Below, one piece after another: positions 27,696 to 40,330 of a stretch of DNA of 64,000 nucleotides (positions are counted from its first letter, which is position 1; every line of letters begins with the position of its first letter). A program made the translations under genes and the position numbers. This stretch comes from Eledone cirrhosa (Eukaryota): assembly GCA_964016885.1 (NCBI GenBank), contig OZ024751.1, positions 45,136,001-45,200,000 on the forward strand. Reading direction: 5' to 3'. The notes under the pieces are model-generated. The model did not search any database, was not told where the DNA came from, and worked only from the letters and a program-made list of their open reading frames with translations.

Positions 27696-27832
27696 CATGG
27701 CTTAGTGGTTAGAGCATTGGCCTTGCAATCAAAAGATTGTGAGTTCAATCCTCAGACCGGGTGATGTGTTGTTTTCTTGAGCAAGACACTTTATTTCACA
27801 TTGCTCCAGTTTACTCAGCTGTAGAAATGAGA
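27696..27832 (+). mobile_element. Second tRNA-derived SINE family (also ~595-725, 37235-37400, 42220-42330, 42430-42525, 60600-60800, 62685-62955)
   Basis: TGGCTTAGTGGTTAG (A-box), GAGTTCAATCC (B-box), then TTGAGCAAGACACTTTATTTCAC.TTGCTCCAGT..ACTCAGCTG. Confidence 0.8.
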
Positions 27833-28834
27833 TGATAGGGACTGGGGTCCATATCATTCCACTGCAAAGTGGTCGTGGAGGTGCCACGGCAAAAAAGCAC
27901 CCAGCACTCACTGTAAATGAGGTTGGTGTTAGGAAGGGCATCCAGCTGTAGAAATCAAGCCAGCATCAGTTCCCGTCCCACCCTTGCAAGCGGACGTAAA
28001 ATGCAATGATGATGATGAATGATAGACCTGAATTTATTTCATTGTTTCAATTTCACGACCACCACCATCACTCCTACTGCCAAAATCACCACCATTGCAA
28101 TCATTGCTACTATCAAAAGAGATTAGATTTCTGTGGAATCCATTTCCTGGAGAGCCAAGCTGGTTGCTCTCTATTTCTTTGTTATTTATTGGTAAATATT
28201 GTTGAAAATAGAGAGAAAATAAAGAAGAAATCAACAATGAAAATAAAACAAAGAATTAATGTTAAAGAAAATCTCAGTGTTTTTACTTCTTCCATTCCAT
28301 ACAACTATTGAGGCTTCCACCCCCACAATCAGCATTCACATCTCTTTCTCTCTTTTTCTCTCTGTCTCTTTGAAACCCTCACACCATCTCTCCCTCTCTC
28401 TCAAAACTCTCACACCACTGCCACCACTCTCTCTCTCAAAACCCTCACACCACTTCCACCACTCTCTCTCTCAAAACCCTCACACCACCACAATCATCAT
28501 TTAGTTAATATATTAATTTAATGCTTGAAACAGTAGGAAAAGAATTGCAACGTTTCGGATGTTAGTCCTTCATCAGAAGATAGAATGAGAAATAAAAAAA
28601 TAACTAGATAATGAGAAGAGAAAGAAATGGGAAACCACATTTCAGCATGTACTGGTAACTTTTTCTCAAGGACCCCAACAACACTACATGACCACCTTAC
28701 AGGGTAGACTAGGAGCTTTTTGTAATGGTGTCAATGTGACCAGTGAGAGAGAGTGAGACAGAGAGAGAGAGGGTCAGAGAGAGAGAGAGTAAGAGAAAAG
28801 GAGAGAGTGAGAGAGAGAGAGTAAGAGAAAAGGA

Positions 28835-28918
<84 letters not shown>

Positions 28919-29058
28919 ATTTCTAGGCAGACTATCTAGGGATGACGATAAAAAGATTTTGTTACAAAAAAATAATTAGAATATAATTAATTACCTGAAG
29001 CAAGTTAAAATGGAAGTGTTTATTCCAGTTAAGATGTAAACAACATTTCTTTGTGATG

Positions 29059-29104
29059 TTACAATATGGAAGCTGAAGTTGGTAAGGCTGGCACTCTGGG
29101 ATTT
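29059..29104 (-). CDS. Candidate last coding exon of the C9orf85-like gene (VNPRVPALPTSASIL-stop)
   Basis: Unique-sequence island with ccctatag acceptor at 29105, phase-compatible with exon 2, TAA at 29061-29059 and a CAG|GTAATT donor-like site at 28995/28994. No homology support and a weak pyrimidine tract. Confidence 0.3.
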
Positions 29105-29759
29105 CTATAGGGATATTATATCTATTACTGACTTTCTAACAACAATTATACATACACACACACATATATACACATATATATACACACACACATTTATATC
29201 TATTATATTATATTATATATATCTATTACTGACTTTCTAACAACACATACATACACACACACACACATTTATACACCCATACACATATATACATACACAC
29301 ACATTTACACATATACATATACCCATACACACATATGTATATACACATGCACACACACACACACACACATACATATATACATCATCATCATTTAACATCC
29401 ACTTCCCCTGTATACACGCATATACATATATGTATGTGTATATATATACATATATACACGTACAAAACCTTGGTATTTTAATATTTTAATATTTTAATTA
29501 AGAATATTAATAACAACTTCATATCTTGTTTCTCTCTCTCTCTCTCTCCTTCTCTTATTCTCTCTCTCTCTCTTATCTTTCAAGTTGAAGGAGAGAATAT
29601 AGTGATGATGATGATGGTGACAATGATACAGGTGATGGTCGTATTGTATGAAGATGGTTGTACCGCTGGTTATGATGATGATGATGATGATGATGATGGA
29701 GGGAGTGACAGAAGTGGTAGTACTGTTGGTGATGGCGGTAGTGATGATGATGATAGTAG

Positions 29760-30035
29760 TCAGGGTGCGTTTTGTAATGACACCAGCACTACCACCTTAC
29801 AAGATGTTCCTAATAGAAGGCGGCAGGGACATCTTGTAGTATGGTAGTGCTGGTGCCATGACAAAATCCAGCCAGTCCACACTGTAAGGTGGTAGTGCTG
29901 GTGTCACAACAAAAAGCACCCTGTCCACCCTGAAAAGTGGTAGTGCTTATGGCTTGACAAAAAATACCCAGTCCATCCTGCAACGTGATTGTGCTAGTGT
30001 CACAACAAAAAGCAACTAGACCACCCTGTAAGGTG
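29760..30035 (+). repeat. Related ~48-bp tandem repeat (4-5 units) with one inverted unit
   Basis: GGTAGTGCTGGTGTCACAACAAAAAGCACCC...CTGTAAGGT units; 29760-29810 is inverted relative to 29826-29875. Confidence 0.75.
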
Positions 30036-30151
30036 ATCTAGCAATATTATATTCACAGTGTGAAACCTATATAACCAGTTTAGCAGATAAGTCTACATGG
30101 TAACCGAAAAGTTTCTATTTATTACAGAAACGTAACAATATATATATATAT

Positions 30152-31860
30152 ATCATCATCATCATCGTTTAACGTCCATCTTCTACGCTTGCATGGTTTT
30201 GGACGGGAATTTTCCCACTTGAGGCAAGATTGGTTGTCTTGCTCGTATAGGACTGTCTGGCAGGTTATCTACGGCTGGATGCCCTTCCTAACACCAACCA
30301 CTTTTACAGTGTGGACTGGGAGGTTTTTACCGTGTTACCTACATGGCCACATTACAGCGTGGACTGTGTTTCTTTTGTCGTGACACCTACACGACCTCAT
30401 TTATTTAGGACTGGATGTTGTGGTACCAACATAACTTTACATCGAAAGGGGTGGTGTGGATGGGGTGGGGGTAGTGGAACGGGGGTGTATTTTTGTGAAG
30501 AGGTGCCTACCGACTGTAGTTTTCGCTTTGTACTTAGGCAAGGCGGGTCTTCTGTATTACTGTGTAGCGCCAAACATCTCGGTCCAGAGACATTGTCTTG
30601 GAGAGATGTAAGTGTGTGAGGTCGGAATTTATCAAGTCGTCCCAGGTTTTTCTGGGTCTGCCTACTCCGTGGCTACGTCTATTTTTATCGCCCTGCACTT
30701 TTTTATACAGCTGTCGTCTTTCATGCGCATCACGTGACCATGCCAATGTAGTCTTTTCTCGAGTAAACAACATCTGATCCCTCTTATTCCTAATTTCTCC
30801 CTTAGTTCATTTATGCTTTGCCGTTCAAGTATATTACTATTACACATCCAACGGAGCAAGCAAGCTTCATTCCTCTCCAGTCTGCGTATATCCTCTGCAC
30901 ACAATGCCCAAGTCTCACTGCCATGTAACATTGCTGTTCGTATGCAGGCATCATACAGCCTGCCTTTCATTTTTAGAGAGAACCCTTTAGCGGCCAATAG
31001 TGGTATAAGCTCTCTGAACTTTTTCCATCCCGTTCTGACTCTAGCTACTGTACTTTCAGAGCACCCTCCACCACTGCTGATTTTGTCACCCAGGTAACGG
31101 AAGGTGTCCACTATTTCTATAGAACCATCTGTGCAATGGAATGAGCATTCTGTGGGCACTTGCTGCTACTTATTGCACCTGAGCACTGGCCACATATAAA
31201 ATCTATATTCTTAGTTAGCTTACCTGTGATCCCACTACATCTTTTATGCATCATACTTTGCATTTGGGACATAAAATGGAGTTTCTGCCTACTCCTTTCC
31301 TACACACTAGCATGGCCATTTCCCAGATGGGACCAGTGCCCTATTTTCCTTCCTACAAACTAGAACTTTAGTCTTAGACAGGTTAATTTTGAAGCCTTTT
31401 GATTCTAGGCCATGCTTCCATGTTTGGAATTTCTTCTCTAGTTCAGCCATTGATTCAGCTATGAGCGTTAGATCATCTGCGTATAGGAGTTCCCATGGCC
31501 AGGCGGTCTTGAACTCCTCTGTTATAGCCTGAAGGGCACTAATAAATAGGAGGGAGCCCTGATGAACACCAACTTTTACGCTAAACTCTTCACTATATTC
31601 GTTGTTAATTCTAACCTTGCTGACTGTTTCTTTATACATGGCTTGTATAGCTCTCACAAGCCATTCATCAACACCTAGTTTTCTAAGAGCCCACCAGGTA
31701 ATGGAGCGGTGGACTCTGTCAAAGGCTTTCTCCAAGTCAACAAAAGCTAAGTATAGGGGTTTACTTTTAGCTAGGTACTTCTCCTGTAGTTGTCGTACAA
31801 TGAAAAGAGCATCTGTGGTACTTTTACCTGACACAAACCCGAACTGCATTTTATCTAGAT
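30152..31860 (-). mobile_element. RTE-clade LINE, 5'-truncated and degenerate
   Basis: MQFGF..GKSTTDA.F..RQLQEKY, FVDLEKAFDRV, GVHQGS, LLYADDL, FRYLGD, MLHGSETW, RL.W.GHVMR, GRPRKTW; (GAT)n 3' tail; stops and frameshifts present. Confidence 0.93.
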
Positions 31861-32223
31861 GAAATATATATATATATACAAACACACATATACATATATC
31901 ATCTGTGAAACTCATGTAACAGGTCGATGATCAATAACATGTAAACGAAACTTCATCTTTCTTTTCTTTATGTGTGTATACATACATACATATATATGCA
32001 TATACATACACACATACATACACATATATATATATATATACATACATGTACATACATACATATACATATATGTACACATATTTAAACGATGATGATGATA
32101 TATATACATATATACATATATATACACACACATACGTATGTATATATACATACATATATATATATATATACATACATATATACATACATATATATATATA
32201 TACATACATATATACATACATAT

Positions 32224-32283
<60 letters not shown>

Positions 32284-32784
32284 GTATATAAAGTAAAATA
32301 AATATTATAATTGAAGAAATGTTATGATAATAATGGTGGGCAAAGGTTAAAGGTTTAGAGATATAAAGTTTTTTTAACAAAGGTCAATCATCCTAAATAC
32401 CACCATTAAGATATCTTTATGAGTGTTCTGGATATCAAATACTTTGGTTATCATAGCATATATATATGGTGGAGTTGTAGGGGTGCCAAAGTGACATACG
32501 ATGACATACCATGTATCTTGGGGCACTTTAAACCTGGCAGAGCCCATCTTCTTCCTACATCTGAACACAGTTTCTTCCAGAGAATAGAAGAGAGAGATGT
32601 ATATATAGAGAGGGACAAAAATAGACCCTCACCACTCGTATTGGACTGGTACTTTTTATTTATCAACCTTGAAAGGATGAAAGGAAATGTTGACCTAGCA
32701 GGATTTGAACTTAAAGTTCAAAGAGTCAGAATGAACACCACAAAACATCCCATACAATGCTCTAACAAATCACCCAATTTGTTG

Positions 32785-32994
32785 CCTATACTCTTGTATT
32801 TAGCTACCATTTAATATACTGTAGCCTATACTCTCATTATTAGCTACCATTTAATATACTGTAGCCTATATTCTCAATATTAGCTACCATTTAATATACT
32901 GTAGCCTATACTCTTGTTATTAGCTACTATTTAATATACTGTAGCCTATACTCTTGTTATTAGCTACTATTTAATATACTGTAGCCTATACTCT
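32785..32994 (+). repeat. 40-bp minisatellite, ~5 units
   Basis: Unit CCTATACTCTTGTTATTAGCTACTATTTAATATACTGTAG. Confidence 0.92.
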
Positions 32995-33030
32995 GATGGT
33001 GGTGGTGATGACAATGAATTATATACTTAC

Positions 33031-33156
33031 ACATCACTATTTTCCTTGGTCCCAACACAGTTTTTAATACATTTGGGACACACCTGCTTCTGTTCAGCAC
33101 ATTGCTGGCAAATTAAATGATAAGCTCGTTTGATAGTCTTCTGGGAACAACTGGCA
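33031..33156 (-). CDS. C9orf85: C9orf85-like protein, coding exon 2 (126 nt, phase 2-2)
   Basis: Minus strand reads ttttgcag|T GCC AGT TGT...GAT GT|gtaagt. Joined to exon 1 it gives C-ASCSQKTIKRAYHLICQQCAEQKQVCPKCIKNCVGTKENSD, matching the C9orf85 pattern CVKCLQKTVKDSYHIMCRPCACELEVCAKC. Splice phase is compatible. Confidence 0.9.
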
Positions 33157-35464
33157 CTGCAAAATATAATACGAAAATATATAAATGTAGTAAACTAAAG
33201 CAACAGCCTTTTACCCCTTGAGACATCAAGTGTGGATTCATTTTGATAATTCAGTTTAATTATGGATGCAGAGATATCAATCTGCCACAGGTACTTCTCA
33301 TTTACAATAAATAGATGAATGCTTGTAGGTAAAGACAGATGCTCCCACTCCAGCAAAGCTTCTTTCCATGGTGATATTTTACAGGTAGATATACTCCACA
33401 GTAAAAAAAGTTATCCCCAGTTCCATCAACACTATCTTTCCAAAGTTGTGGCATATAATATTTTCTATCTGCCACATGGTGATATCCAAAGGAACTATAC
33501 AGGGCAGCTTTATCATAAACAACTTTAACGGTAGTTATAAACAACACATAAACACATGCACATATACAGCTGTATGGGATGAGCTGGGTCATAACAACAT
33601 ATACAGAAAAAAAAACATGTTTTAATAGCCATGCAGTTACTGTTTAATCTGTGTTACTAAGTCAATTGTGCAACAAAATATTATTATTGTTGTTGTTATT
33701 TTACAAAGAAACAATAACAGAAGGAAAAGTGAGAAATCAATAAAAATGTAATTTAAAACCTTCCATCATCATACATTTATTTTTCTATATTGCCACACAA
33801 CAGAGAAGAAATTTAATTAAAATAGGACAAAAGAACATTTAAAAAACAAAACAATTTTAAACATATTAAATTATTCATTCATTTACTTTTAATAAATGAC
33901 CATCCTGAACAACCAATACCACCACCACCAACATAATAACTAAAATATCAACACCACTACCAACATAACTAAAATACCAACACCATTAACATCACCACAA
34001 TCACCACAACAGCAACAACAAAAACATCATCACCAACATATCAACCCCAGCACAACATCAATAACAGTAACACCACCAACACAAACACCATAACTGACAT
34101 CACCACCACCATCAACAACAACAACAGCAGCAACACCACCAACACAACAACACCACCAACTCTAACCCTACTACCAACATAACTGACACCACCACCACCA
34201 ACAACAATACTAAACACACAACCAATACAAAGCTACTATATAGCTATACTACTCAACAATAACAATTTAATAGTACAAAACACTTTAAGAGTTCGTTTAT
34301 CTGTGACTAAAACACCCGTTTGAAGGAAACAATTTTCATACTTGAACATAATTCTTATTTTTTTAATATAACAAACAAGGGTAATTACAGTGTATTGTAT
34401 AAATGTTTCACGGTCATGGTGGTTTGGTATGGACCTGTAACTCAAGAGGGAGTTGTAAGGGAACCATATTGGCATATGGCGTATCTAGGGCATTTTTTAA
34501 GCCTGGCAGAGCCCATCTCTTCTCCAGGCCTGAATACAGTAGATTTCTTCCAGAGAAGGATAGAGAAACTGAGAGAAAGGAAGTGAGAAAGAGATATAGA
34601 GGAAGAATTGACCCCAGTACTTGACTGGTACTTTTTTTTTTACCTCAGATGGATGAAAGGCAAAGTTGACCTCAGAGAACAGAGAGCCGAAACCAGTAGA
34701 GTTAGACACCAAGGGGGCCAACAGAAAAACAAGATGGCATCACAATCTACCACCACCACACATTATTGCAAGGTGGGATGTCACTAATCTGCGAAGTGAA
34801 TTTCAAGGATACTTCTTCCAGCAGTCCTCTGGAAGTGTCCATTGTCTGAAATATGATTTATCGAGAGAGAAAGAGGGAGAGAGAGACTGATGAGGTTCAG
34901 GAATCCACATCAAATCCAAATGGTGTACAGCAATGTTGGGTTGTACGGTATGGAGAAGAATTGTTGGGAATGTTCCGACTTTGGATCCAACTGAGGGAGG
35001 TGGAGATGAAGAGATATTGTATGGTATGGAGAGGAATTGTGGAGAATGTTCCAACCAACCAGGTCGAACGATGATGATGATGATGATGATGATGATAAAG
35101 GGAGATAATTACGTGCTAGTTTTTCATTATATGTTTGTCTGTCTGACTGATTCATTGATTCTACTTATTTTAGTAAAGACAAACATACTCCCTCCTCCCT
35201 CTCTCGCCCATTCTCCTTCCTCCCTCTCCTATATTCACACAAACACATTATTTTTTAACGAGCCACTGCATAATTACATGATCAATTAGCAACAACACAT
35301 TTATAAGAATGCAACATGCATATTTCAAAAATATAATCCATGTACTGAAAAAACAAAAACGTATTTTATTGATGATAACTTTATAGAAAACAATACAATA
35401 ACAACAATAGTTCTTAATAATGGTTCCTGATTTACACACAATTTTGAGGGAGGGGAAGTGCATT

Positions 35465-36020
35465 ATGGGTACTTGATTTTATCGACCTCCCCACCCCCCA
35501 CAAAGATGAAAGGCAAAGCTAACCTCAGCAGAATTTGAACTCAGAATGTAAAGGGCCTTAACTCTATGCTGCAAAGCATGGTGTCCGACGCTCTACTGAT
35601 TACTGTCAATCCACCGCCCTTATTACTACTACTACTACTACTACTACTACTAATAATAATAATGATTTCTGCTTTAGGCACAAGGCCAGCAATTTGAAGG
35701 AGAGGAGAAAGGCAAAGCTAACCTCGATGAGATTTGAACTCAGAATGTAAAGGGCAATAACTCTATGCTGTAAAGCATGGTGTCCGAAGCTCTACCGACT
35801 ACTGCTAATCTACCGCCTTACTTCTACTAATAATTGTTTCTACATTTGGCACAAGGTCAGCAATTACCCAGTGCATTACTGGTACATTATTTTATCGATC
35901 CCGTAAGGATGAAAGGCAAAGTTAACTTCGGCGGGATTTGAACTCAGACCGTAAAGGGCCGTAACTCTTTGTTGCAAAGCATGGGGTCCGGTCCTCTACC
36001 GATACTGCCAGTCCACTACT
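35465..36020 (-). mobile_element. Cluster of three tRNA-derived SINE copies (same family at ~2030-2230, 36910-37000, 42901-43088, 50470-50580, 54520-54695, 63290-63590 and elsewhere)
   Basis: Repeated GAGTTCAAATC (B-box)...TTTGCCTTTCATCC...GGTCGATAAAATAAAGTACCAG...GCTGGCCTTGTGCC on the minus strand. Confidence 0.8.
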
Positions 36021-38035
36021 GCTAATAATAATAAACACTGAAAGATCTTGTTATTGAATTAGGCATATGTGAGGAGGAGTGGGGGAAGGGTGTTGAGAGG
36101 AGGAGAGATATCTAACTACTTCAGTTATTACATCATATTACATGTTGGTGTGAGGAGGTGGGCTGGAACAATGCTACAAATAGAAAGTATGGCTTAGTGA
36201 TTAGGATGTTTAACTAATGATTGTAAGGTTGTGATTTCAATACCAGGTTGGGTGTTGTGTAATAGGTAGGAAGGCCAGAGTGAGATAGGAAAGGTGGTGT
36301 AGTTGGAAGGGTGGTGTGTGGTGGGAAAGGTGGTGTGGTAGGAATGGTGGTGAGGTGGGAAGGGTAGTGTGGTGGGAAGGGTGGTGTGGGGTAGGAAGAG
36401 TGGTGTGTGGTAGTAAGGGTGGTGTGTGATATGAGGAGCAGTATAACATAGGAGGGGTAGTGTGGTTGGAAGGATGGTGTGTGATATGAGGTGTAGTAGG
36501 AGTGGCAGTGTGTGGTAGGAGGGGCAGTTTAAGGTAGGAGGGAGAATGTGAGGAATCAAAAGGTAGGAGGGAAGGTTAAAAGCCAAACTGTGTAAACAAG
36601 GAAGCAGGCACCATTGAACTGATTAAAAGACAGAGATTTCCTGAACAAGACTAGTAAATTCCAGAGATTCCATAACGGCTGCTAACAGTGCAGTTGGTCT
36701 GTTGTCTGTTGGAGTGGTGATGGTGGGAGTGATAGTGGAGGTGTGATGATAGTGGGGAGGTCGTGATGGAGTGGCAAGTGTAGTGGTTGTGGTGTGTGAT
36801 GATAGTGATGATGGAGTGGCAGGGATATTGGTGAGGTGGTGAGTGGTGATGATGGCAGTAGTGGTGATAATGGGTGGTAGTGAGTGTGGTCCTACTGGTA
36901 ATGGTGGTTGGCAGAGGTCCTACATTCTGAATTCAAATCCCAGCAAAGTCTACTTTGCCTTTCATCTTTCAAACTTGATAAAATAAAGTACCAGTAAAAT
37001 ATTGAGGAGGAGACCTTATAATTGACCTCAGCAGGTGAAAATCCGGGTCTGATTGTCAGATAGGGGGACCATGGAAACCAATGATTTACAAATATTGAAG
37101 GTCATATTTGTTCAAAATACATTAAAAATGACAGGAAAAATAAATTTCACTTTCAAAATCCTAACCAAACCTATCAACTAACTACTCTAAAAATATTTAT
37201 TATTACACTCGACTCAGAAACAGGCATAATGTCCTGGGTTTGATTCTTGGACCAGGTTGCGCATTGTCTTCTTGAACAATACACTTCATTTCACGTTGCT
37301 ACAGTACACTCAGCTGAAAATAAGTACCAGCAATAGTCGTGAATTAACTCTACAATGGACTAGCATCCTGTCCAGAAAGGATTCTTGTACTCTCATTTAC
37401 TGATGAAAAATGAAATCAGAGAAAAGAAACCAGCCTGATGAGCTTAATGGGAAAGGCATATCAAACATTACCTATGTTTCACAAATAATTGGTTCAAGGT
37501 ATTTATCGATGTGATAGATATGACTCCAGTACCGACATATGGATTCAAATCAAAATATTTCTGTATATACATATAAATATATATATACATCCTATCCTAT
37601 CCAATCCAGAGCCTTCTCACACCTGTTGGAGGAACCCCTCCCGGTTTGACCTCAAGTGCTTTCTGTTTAGTTTTAATCATGTTAGGAGTGTAGCTGTACT
37701 CACTACGCTTGGCCAATTGTGGGTTGGTGAGGCTATTTAACCTGTAGTTGGGATGGATGGCCATTGACTCTGAGAAGTTCATCTATCCTTTTAACAACAG
37801 CTCTTGGTTTTTTGTGATGCTAGGAGTTCCACTTATCCTCCTAACCAGACCCTTGTCTAGTATATAGCTCGGTCTGAAGATCTGCATAAGGTGAAACATT
37901 TGATCTCGGTATGGTGAACTAACTGTTGTGGAACTACTTCTACCAAACTCGTCCCATGGACTGAGCACTCTACCACTACGGATATAACCCTCCAATGTGC
38001 AATAGATAGCAAGTGTCCACAGGGTACTAGCCCCT

Positions 38036-39045
38036 TCTATTGCCCAGATGGTTCTATAGAAATAGTAGACACTTTTCGTTACCTGGGTGACAAAATCAGC
38101 AGTGGTAGAGGGTGTTCTGAAAGTACAGTAGCCAGAGTCAGAACAGGATGGAAAAAGTTCAGAGAGCTTATACCGCTGTTGGCCACAAAAGGTTTCTCTC
38201 TAAAAATGAAAGGCAGATTGTATGATGCTTGTATACGAACAGCAATGCTACATGGCAGTGAGACGTGGGCATTGCGTGCAGAGGACCTGCACAGACTGGA
38301 AAGGAACGAAGCATGCATACTCCGTTGGATGTGTAATAGTAATATACGTGAACGGCAAAGCATAAATGAACTAAGTGAGAAACTAGGAATAAGAGGGATG
38401 AGATGCTGTTTACTCGAGAGAAGACTACGTTGGTATGGCCATATGATGCGCATGAAAGACGACAGCTGTATAAAAAAGTGCAGGGCAATCAAAATTGATG
38501 GTAGTTACGGAGTAGGTAAACCCAGAAAAACCTGGGACGATCTGATAAATTCCGACCTTACACACTTGCACCTCTCTAAGACAATGTCACTGGACCGAGA
38601 TCTTTGGCGCTACGCAGTAATACAGAAGACCCGCCTTGCCTATGTACAAAGCGAAACCTACAGTCGGTAGGCACCTCTTAACCAAATATACACTCCAATC
38701 CACTACCCCTATCCTATCCTCCCGCCCACCAACACCACCCTCTCTCTATAAAGTTGGTACCACAACATCCAGTCCAAATAAATGAGATCGAGATCATGTA
38801 GGTGTCACGAGAAAAAAACACACAGTCCATGCAGTAATGTGGCCGTGTAGGTAACACGGTAAAAAATTCCCAGTTCCACATTGTAAATGTGGTTGGTGTT
38901 AGGAAGGGCATCCAGCCATAGAAAACCTGCCAGATAGTCCTATATGAACGAGACATGGTCACCCGACCAACCTTGCCTCAAGTGGGACAACTCCCGTCTA
39001 ACCCATGCTGGAAAGTGGACGTTAAACGAGGATGATGATGATGAT
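38036..39045 (+). mobile_element. RTE-clade LINE 3' fragment
   Basis: FRYLGDKI, MLHGSETW, RRLRWYGHMMR, GKPRKTW; 3' UTR ends GGACGTTAAACGAG(GAT)n; very similar to the reverse complement of 30152-31150. Confidence 0.93.
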
Positions 39046-40074
39046 ATATATCATCATCATTTTACGTCCGCTTTTCCCTGCTTGCAAAGGTGGGACACAT
39101 ATATATATATAGTTTTTACATAATTCTGCTTACAGCCCCAGTTTTAGGTGAGACTAACTAAAAAAACACTTCTTGTTTCATAAGAGCACACCAACTTCGT
39201 TAACTGACATTTTTTTAATTTATTCCCACATATTATTAACTAATCATTAGAGGCAAAACATTTTACACCTCAATGCTCTTCTTCTCCCCTGTCCCCTCCC
39301 CCTACAACCACTACTATTACTACTACTACTACTAATCATTCAACCTTAAAATAGGAGTGGCAGATTTGTGTTTGTTTGTTTTTCTTCTTTGTATCCAATC
39401 CAGTATGAATGAAGGAGAGAAAGAGAGAGACAGAGGAAGAGGGTGAGAGAGAGAGGGGGAGTAATGTGTTGTGTTTTAGAGGGAAATATCACAATGGTTT
39501 TGGTGCAGAATTTGAACTTTAAATAAAATGAAAAATAAAAAATACAACAATGAAATAAATAAAATGATTGTGAGGGCGGTGGGGAGGGGGGTACAAGAAA
39601 AGAACAAAAAAAAAATGAATATACTACACACCCAACCACACCCTACACCATTGCATTATGGTAAACTAAACAGAGAACTGTAGTGGTAGTAGGAGGGGTC
39701 TATAGACACAGGTGGTGGGAGTGGGAGGAGTCCATAGTCACAGTTAGGTGGTGGTGGGAGTGATGGATGGGGGCGGGGGTAAGTAAATATTAGGAGAGTT
39801 AATTGCAATGTATGATTAATTCCATTGCTATGTTTCTGTGAGGGGAGAAACCAGAAACTAGAGATTTAGAGAGGAAAACACTCTAACAGTGTGTTGGGAC
39901 ATTTTGGAAATACTCCAGACCACACCCACCCAGCTCACAAACTAATTGATAATTGAAAAACTGTGTGGTGTGTGTGTGAGATCTGTATTTACTATTCACT
40001 GTTAAAGGGTTAGTCTACCTCATGGACCCGTGGTCCCGGCAGACAGGAAGGAGAAGACATAGCCCTAATCTCTT

Positions 40075-40330
40075 TGGATCTTCTTCTTCACCCACTTATT
40101 CCTGAGAGGGTCATGGAGGCAGAGTCCTCAAACACTCCTTCCAGTAGGTTCTGTCAGCAGCAACCATCTCCAATTGATCAGGCTGGATCTCCAAATGAGA
40201 CCAGCCAAGGTCATGAATGTTATCCAACCCTTCTTGCTCGAGGTCTACCCTTGGGTCTCTTGCTGGTTGATTTTGCCAGTAAAATCTGTCCAGTGACTCT
40301 TTCCTGAGACATTGTAATCACGTCCCTTTG
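40075..40330 (-). mobile_element. RTE-like LINE 3' end from a different family
   Basis: Degenerate translation KRPKGRPRAR...DLGWSHLEI...AADRTYW..CLRTLPP followed by a (GAA)n tail. Confidence 0.6.

Noticed and set aside
27696-27760. tRNA gene
   Set aside because: A and B boxes run into a SINE body seen many times in the window; no full cloverleaf.
28034-28237. Minus-strand ORF as terminal exon of the C9orf85-like gene
   Set aside because: No homology and no convincing in-phase acceptor.
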